NCBI GenBank assembly: GCA_046726415.1
Contig: JBKPAK010000162.1
Location: forward strand, 1 to 11,680
Direction of reading: 5' to 3'
Length of the DNA stretch: 11,680 nt
Source: Candidatus Methylomirabilota bacterium
GTDB taxonomy: Bacteria > Methylomirabilota > Methylomirabilia > Rokubacteriales > CSP1-6
In this document: positions 7,488-11,680 of the stretch, piece by piece
Layout: each line of letters starts with the position of its first letter
Numbering within the stretch: the stretch's first letter is position 1
Notes under the pieces: generated by a model
The model's input: only the letters and a program-made list of their open reading frames with translations
The model's database searches: none
What the model was told of the DNA's origin: nothing
Translations under genes and position numbers: made by a program

Positions 7488-7496
7488 TGCTATAAT
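7488..7496 (+). promoter_or_regulatory. Consensus extended -10 promoter TGcTATAAT
   Basis: TG at 7488-7489 and TATAAT at 7491..7496 in GC-rich DNA. The canonical +1 falls on the GTG start at 7503. Confidence 0.75.
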
Positions 7497-7502
7497 CCGC
7501 GC

Positions 7503-8450
7503 GTGAGCACCGTGGCGCTGGTGACCGGCGGGGCGGGATTCATCGGGTCGCACCTGGTCGAGCGCCTCCTGCGGGACGGCGCTCGAGTGCGGATCCTCGA
7601 CAATTTCTCCACGGGCTCACGAGACCTGCTGCCGTTTGCCTCCAAGTACGACGGCGCGCTCGAGATGATCGAGGGCGATATTCGAGACCTCGTGACCGTA
7701 AAACGGGCCGCCGCCGGCGCGACCGTCATCTTCCACCAGGCGGCCATGCGATCGGTACCGCGGTCGGTGGAGGATCCCCTTGGCGCCAACGAGAACAACG
7801 TGACGGGGACGCTCCACGTGCTCGAGGCGGCCCGCACAGCGGGGGTGGCCCGAGTCGTGTACGCCTCATCGTCCGCGGTCTATGGCGCAAATCCCGAACT
7901 GCCCAAGCGCGAGGACCAGGTGCCGGTGCCGATCTCGCCCTATGCGGTGTCCAAGGCGGCCGACGAGCAGTACGCCGCGGTGTGGAGCCTCCTCTACGGA
8001 GTGGAGACCGTGGGCCTGCGCTACTTCAATGTTTTCGGCCCCCGCCAGGATCCGGCCTCCGAATACGCCGCGGTGATCCCGCGATTCATCCTGTGGGCGC
8101 TTCGCAATGAAGCGCTCGAAGTCCACGGCGACGGAACCCAGTCTCGCGACTTCACGTACATCGACAACGTGGTCGAGGCCAACCTGTTGGCGGCGCGGGC
8201 GCCGGGGATCGGCGGCGAAGTGTTCAACGTGGGATGTGGCGAGCGCGTGAGTCTCCTCGCCATCATCGACATGCTCGAGCGAACCCTCGCGCGGACGGTG
8301 ATGCGCCACCACACCCCGTCTCGGGCCGGCGACGTCCCGCATACCCTCGCCGACATTGCCAAGGTCTCGCGGTTGCTGGGCTACCGGCCCCTCGTCTCGT
8401 TCGACGAGGGCTTCCGCCGGACGGTGGAGTACTTCAGAGGAATGCTGTGA
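7503..8450 (+). CDS. NAD-dependent UDP-sugar 4-epimerase (extended SDR, WbpP/GalE-like, 315 aa)
   Basis: VTGGAGFIGSH, FHQAA..SVPRS, YASSSAVYG, catalytic YAVSK, LRYFNVFGPRQDP, GDGTQSRDFTY. Confidence 0.93.
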   Translation: MSTVALVTGGAGFIGSHLVERLLRDGARVRILDNFSTGSRDLLPFASKYDGALEMIEGDIRDLVTVKRAAAGATVIFHQAAMRSVPRSVEDPLGANENNVTGTLHVLEAARTAGVARVVYASSSAVYGANPELPKREDQVPVPISPYAVSKAADEQYAAVWSLLYGVETVGLRYFNVFGPRQDPASEYAAVIPRFILWALRNEALEVHGDGTQSRDFTYIDNVVEANLLAARAPGIGGEVFNVGCGERVSLLAIIDMLERTLARTVMRHHTPSRAGDVPHTLADIAKVSRLLGYRPLVSFDEGFRRTVEYFRGML

Positions 8451-9916
8451 TGCGCCTGGCGTTCGCCGTGCTTCTCGTTCTGCTGACCGCGGGAATGGCC
8501 AGGGGCCAGAGCACGCTCGTGGTGCAGGTGGCCACCGAGCCACCCGGCCTGGACCTCACGGCCAGTCCGGCCTCGGCCATCGCGGCGGTCGTCTTCTACA
8601 ACGTACAGGAGCGTCTGGTGAAGGTCGACCACCACGGCAAGATCGTGCCGTGGTTGGCCGAACGCTGGCATACCGCCGACGAGAAGAACTACACGTTCTT
8701 TCTCAAGCGCGGGGTGCGTTTCCACAATGGGCGCGAGCTGAAGGCGGCCGACGTCAAGTTCGTGCTCGACCGCGCCATGAACCCGTAGACCAAGCATCCC
8801 TCTCCGCAGTACTACGCGGCCATCACCGATGTTGTGGTCAAGGACGACTACACCATCACCGTCTCGTTGAAGAGCCCCCACGCGGCGTTTCTCTACAACC
8901 TGGCGCGGCAGGGCTCGGTGATCTATCCGCGCGAAGCGGTGGACACCCTGAAACGCGCACCCGTGGGCACGGGGCCGTTCACCCTGGCGGAATGGGTGCG
9001 CGGGGACCGCATCGTCCTCGCCCGCAACGCCGACTATCACGTCAAGGGACGGCCGCGTCTCGATCGCGTGACCTATCGCTTCATTCCCGATCCCAATGCC
9101 GCTCTGTCCGCTCTCAAGGCGGGGGACGCCGATGCCGCCATGTTCGGGATCGGTCCCGAGCACGTCCCCGAGCTCCAGAAGGACCCGCGCTTCCAGGTGA
9201 TCATCGGCGAGACCACCAACGACGTGATCCTGGCCATGAACAACTCGCGGAAACCTTACGCGGACGTTCGAGTGCGCCGGGCCATGACCCACGCCATCAA
9301 CAAGGCCGAGGTGGTCAAGGGCGCGATGTTCGGCCTCGACCGCGTCCTCGGCTCGAACGTCGATCCGCTCAATCCCTACTTCGTCGACCTGTCAGGCGCC
9401 ATGCCACACGATCCCGCCAAGGCCCGGAAGCTCGTCGCCGAGGCCGGCTATCCCAACGGCTTCGAGACGGTCCTCAAGGTGGCCACAGTACTACTATACG
9501 GTGCGCACGGGCGAGGTGATTGCGAGCCAGCTCCAGAAGGTCGGGATCAAGGTCAAGATTGAGCAGACCGAGTGGGGGCAGTGGCTGTCGCGGGTCTGGA
9601 AGGAAGCGGACTACGACCTCACCATCATCGGTCACGCCGAGGCCTGGGACATCGCGAACTACGCCAATCCCAAATACTACTTCCGCTACGATAGCGCCAC
9701 GTTTCAGGATCTGTATCAGAAATCCGAGGTCACCGTCGACGACAAGGCCCGCCGCGAGCTGTACGTCCGGATGCAGAAGCTGCTCGTGGAGGATGCGCCG
9801 GTGGTGTGGCTCTTCGTGCATCCGCGCCTGGCCGCCACCAAGAAGGGCCTCCAGGGCCTCTGGAAGGATCTGCCCCTCCCCGCGTTGATCTGTCCGAGGT
9901 GTCCTGGACGAAGTAG
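8450..9916 (+). pseudogene. Peptide/nickel ABC transporter solute-binding protein (family 5, DppA-like, ~489 aa when repaired), disrupted as sequenced
   Basis: Signal peptide MRLAFAVLLVLLTAGMARG-Q, PWLAERW, YTFFLKRGVRFHNG..LKAADVKF, PVGTGPF, DVRVRRAM. Lesions: in-frame TAG 8786..8788; a frameshift at ~9483 (GTG GCC ACAG TAC; adding CC gives VAPQYYY); a frameshift at ~9887 (TTG ATC; adding G gives LDLSEVSWTK*). The ATG overlaps the epimerase stop (TGATG). Confidence 0.9.
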
Positions 9917-9931
9917 CGGGCGCCGGCGAGC

Positions 9932-10876
9932 GTGCGGCGATACCTCTTGCGCAAGGTCGTCGCATTCGGGGCGACCCTGCTGTTCGTGTCGATGCTGGCC
10001 TTCACCGTGGTGCGCGTCTTGCCCGGCGATCCCGCCCTGCTGATCATGGGTACGGAGGGCAACCCCGCGGCGACCGCGCGTCTGCGCGGCGCACTGGGTC
10101 TCGACCGACCGATCCCTCTCCAGTACCTCGACTGGTTCTGGCGGGCACTTCGCGGGGATCTCGGCGTGTCCATCCAGTACGACGTGCCGGTGGGCCGCCT
10201 GATCCTGAGTCGGCTCCCGGTGACCGTGCCCCTTACGCTCCTGGCCGCCCTGTTCGTGGTCGCGGCGGCCGTGCCGCTCGGCCTGTACGCGGCCACGCAC
10301 CACCGCCGCGCGGGCGACTATGTCACGATGATCGTCTCCCAATTCGGCATCGCCATTCCGTCGTTCTGGACGGGTCTGCTCCTGATCCTGCTCTTCTCCG
10401 TGCATCTCGGCTGGGTGCGGTCAGGGGGGTTCGGTGGTTGGTCGAGGGGAATAGTCGCCGGCCTGCGCTCCTTGCTGCTTCCCGCCCTCGCGCTCGGATT
10501 CTTCCAGGCGGCGGTGCTGGTGCGCGCCACCCGGTCTGCTGTCCTGGACGTTCTCCGCGAGGATTATGTGAGCACGGCTCGAGCTAAAGGTGTCGCCGAA
10601 GCGCGGGTGATCGCCGCGCACGCGCTCCCCAATGCGCTGATCCCCATCCTCACCGTGGCCGGCGTGCAGCTCGGCCAGCTGCTGGCGGGCAGCATCATCC
10701 TCGAATCCGTCTTCGCGTTGCCCGGACTGGGACGGCTGGCCCTGGGGGCGATCTCCGCTCGCGATCTTCCGGTGGTGCAGGGAGTGGCCCTCTTCGTGGC
10801 TGCAAGCATCGTCTTGATCAACTTCGCGGTGGACCTGGCGTACGTCCTCCTCGATCCGCGCATCCGCGCCGACTGA
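9932..10876 (+). CDS. Peptide/nickel ABC transporter permease, DppB/OppB-like (314 aa)
   Basis: LPGDPA, LGLDRP...QY, GDLGVS, EAA loop EDYVSTARAKG...HALPNAL, ESVFALPGLG, RDLPVVQG, DLAY..LDPRIR. Confidence 0.95.
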   Translation: MRRYLLRKVVAFGATLLFVSMLAFTVVRVLPGDPALLIMGTEGNPAATARLRGALGLDRPIPLQYLDWFWRALRGDLGVSIQYDVPVGRLILSRLPVTVPLTLLAALFVVAAAVPLGLYAATHHRRAGDYVTMIVSQFGIAIPSFWTGLLLILLFSVHLGWVRSGGFGGWSRGIVAGLRSLLLPALALGFFQAAVLVRATRSAVLDVLREDYVSTARAKGVAEARVIAAHALPNALIPILTVAGVQLGQLLAGSIILESVFALPGLGRLALGAISARDLPVVQGVALFVAASIVLINFAVDLAYVLLDPRIRAD

Positions 10877-10881
10877 CGTCG

Positions 10882-11680
10882 GTGACGACCCGCCGCGCCC
10901 TCCGTCACGTGACCCTCGTGCTGGGCGGAGCCATCACCGGCCTCTTGGCGGTGACGGCTGGGCTCAGCCAGATCTACACGCCGCAGGATCCCCTGGCCAT
11001 GTCCATCGCCCGCGCGCCTGGATGGCCCGAGCTGGAGGCACCCCTTCGGCACCGATCAGTACGGCCGGGGCATCCTCTCCCGCGTCATGGGCGGCGCGCA
11101 GACTTCGATCGCCGTGGGGGTGATCGCGGTGGGGATCGGGGCGGGCTTCGGTATGGTGGTCGGCATGCTCAGCGGCTACATCGGCGGGTGGATCGACGAG
11201 GTCTTCATGCAGCTGGTCGACGCCGTGCAAGGGTTTCCCGCCATCCTGTCGGTACTCCTCTTCGCCGCCGTGTTCGCCCCAGGGGTGGCGGTGAGCATGG
11301 TCGCCATCGGGATTGCCTTCGTGCCCGTCTTCGCGCGCCTGACCCGCGGCGGCTTTCTGGAGCTGCGCGAACGAGACTTCGTGGCGGCCGCTCGCGCGGT
11401 GGGCGCGAGCGACGTCCGGCTCATCGGCCGGCACATTCTTCCGAACACGCTTCCACCCCTTATCATTCAGGCCACCACAGCCTTTCCGGTGGCCATCCTG
11501 GCGGAGGCCGGGCTGGCGTACCTGGGGCTGGGGACCCAGCCGCCGCACCCATCGTGGGGTCTCATGCTCAAGGAAGCTCAGAACTTCTTGTCCCTCAGCC
11601 CGTCCTACGCGGTCTTCCCCGGCGGGGCCATCGCGGTGACCGTGCTTGGCCTCAATCTGCTCGGCGACGGTCTCCGGGAT
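10882..11680 (+). pseudogene. Peptide/nickel ABC transporter permease, DppC/OppC-like; +1 frameshift near 11010; runs off the window end
   Basis: GTG 10882 gives MTTRRALRHVTLVLGGAIT...YTPQDPLAMSIA. After an extra C (CCC at 11009..11011) the next frame reads ARLDGPSWRHPFGTDQYGR...DFVAAARAVGAS...RHILPN...EAGLAYLGLGTQPPHPSWG...NLLGDGLRD. Not listed in the supplied ORF track. Confidence 0.88.

Noticed and set aside
6630..8788. Stop-codon reassignment or readthrough (TGA=Gly/Sec, TAG=Gln/Pyl) to explain the internal stops
   Set aside because: TAG ends the M81 and methyltransferase genes, and TGA ends GT2, the epimerase and DppB, all at family-typical C-termini. The affected genes also carry frameshifts.
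9480..11011. Programmed ribosomal frameshifting in the ABC transporter genes
   Set aside because: No slippery heptamers at these sites, the shifts go in different directions, and I know no precedent in Dpp/Opp genes.
1..11680. CRISPR array, tRNA/rRNA, IS/integrase or defence genes
   Set aside because: By eye I found no regularly spaced repeats, cloverleaf or rRNA motifs, terminal inverted repeats or transposase/nuclease motifs; no covariance-model search was run.

Overview
GC-rich bacterial chromosomal window with three blocks. (1) A minus-strand operon under a near-consensus sigma70 promoter: M81/MlrC-like metallopeptidase -> YktB/DUF1054 protein -> HAD phosphatase (start codon lost, frameshifted) -> TPMT/halide-thiol-type SAM methyltransferase. 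(2) A divergent glycosylation pair: a DPM1-like GT2 (-) and a large polytopic GT-C (ArnT/PMT-like) protein (+) whose C-terminal beta-rich domain is broken by frameshifts and a stop. A decayed internal fragment of a peptide ABC solute-binding gene follows on the - strand. (3) A plus-strand operon that probably starts leaderless: WbpP/GalE-like UDP-sugar 4-epimerase -> Dpp/Opp-type solute-binding protein (in-frame TAG plus two frameshifts) -> intact DppB-type permease -> DppC-type permease (one frameshift, runs off the window). I saw no RNA genes, CRISPR arrays or IS elements, and no clearly new system. The best leads are the M81-YktB-HAD-methyltransferase operon, the hidden GT-C C-terminal domain, the gene-clustered reading-frame lesions (decay or sequencing error) and the promoter architecture. 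All family calls come from motif recognition, not database searches.
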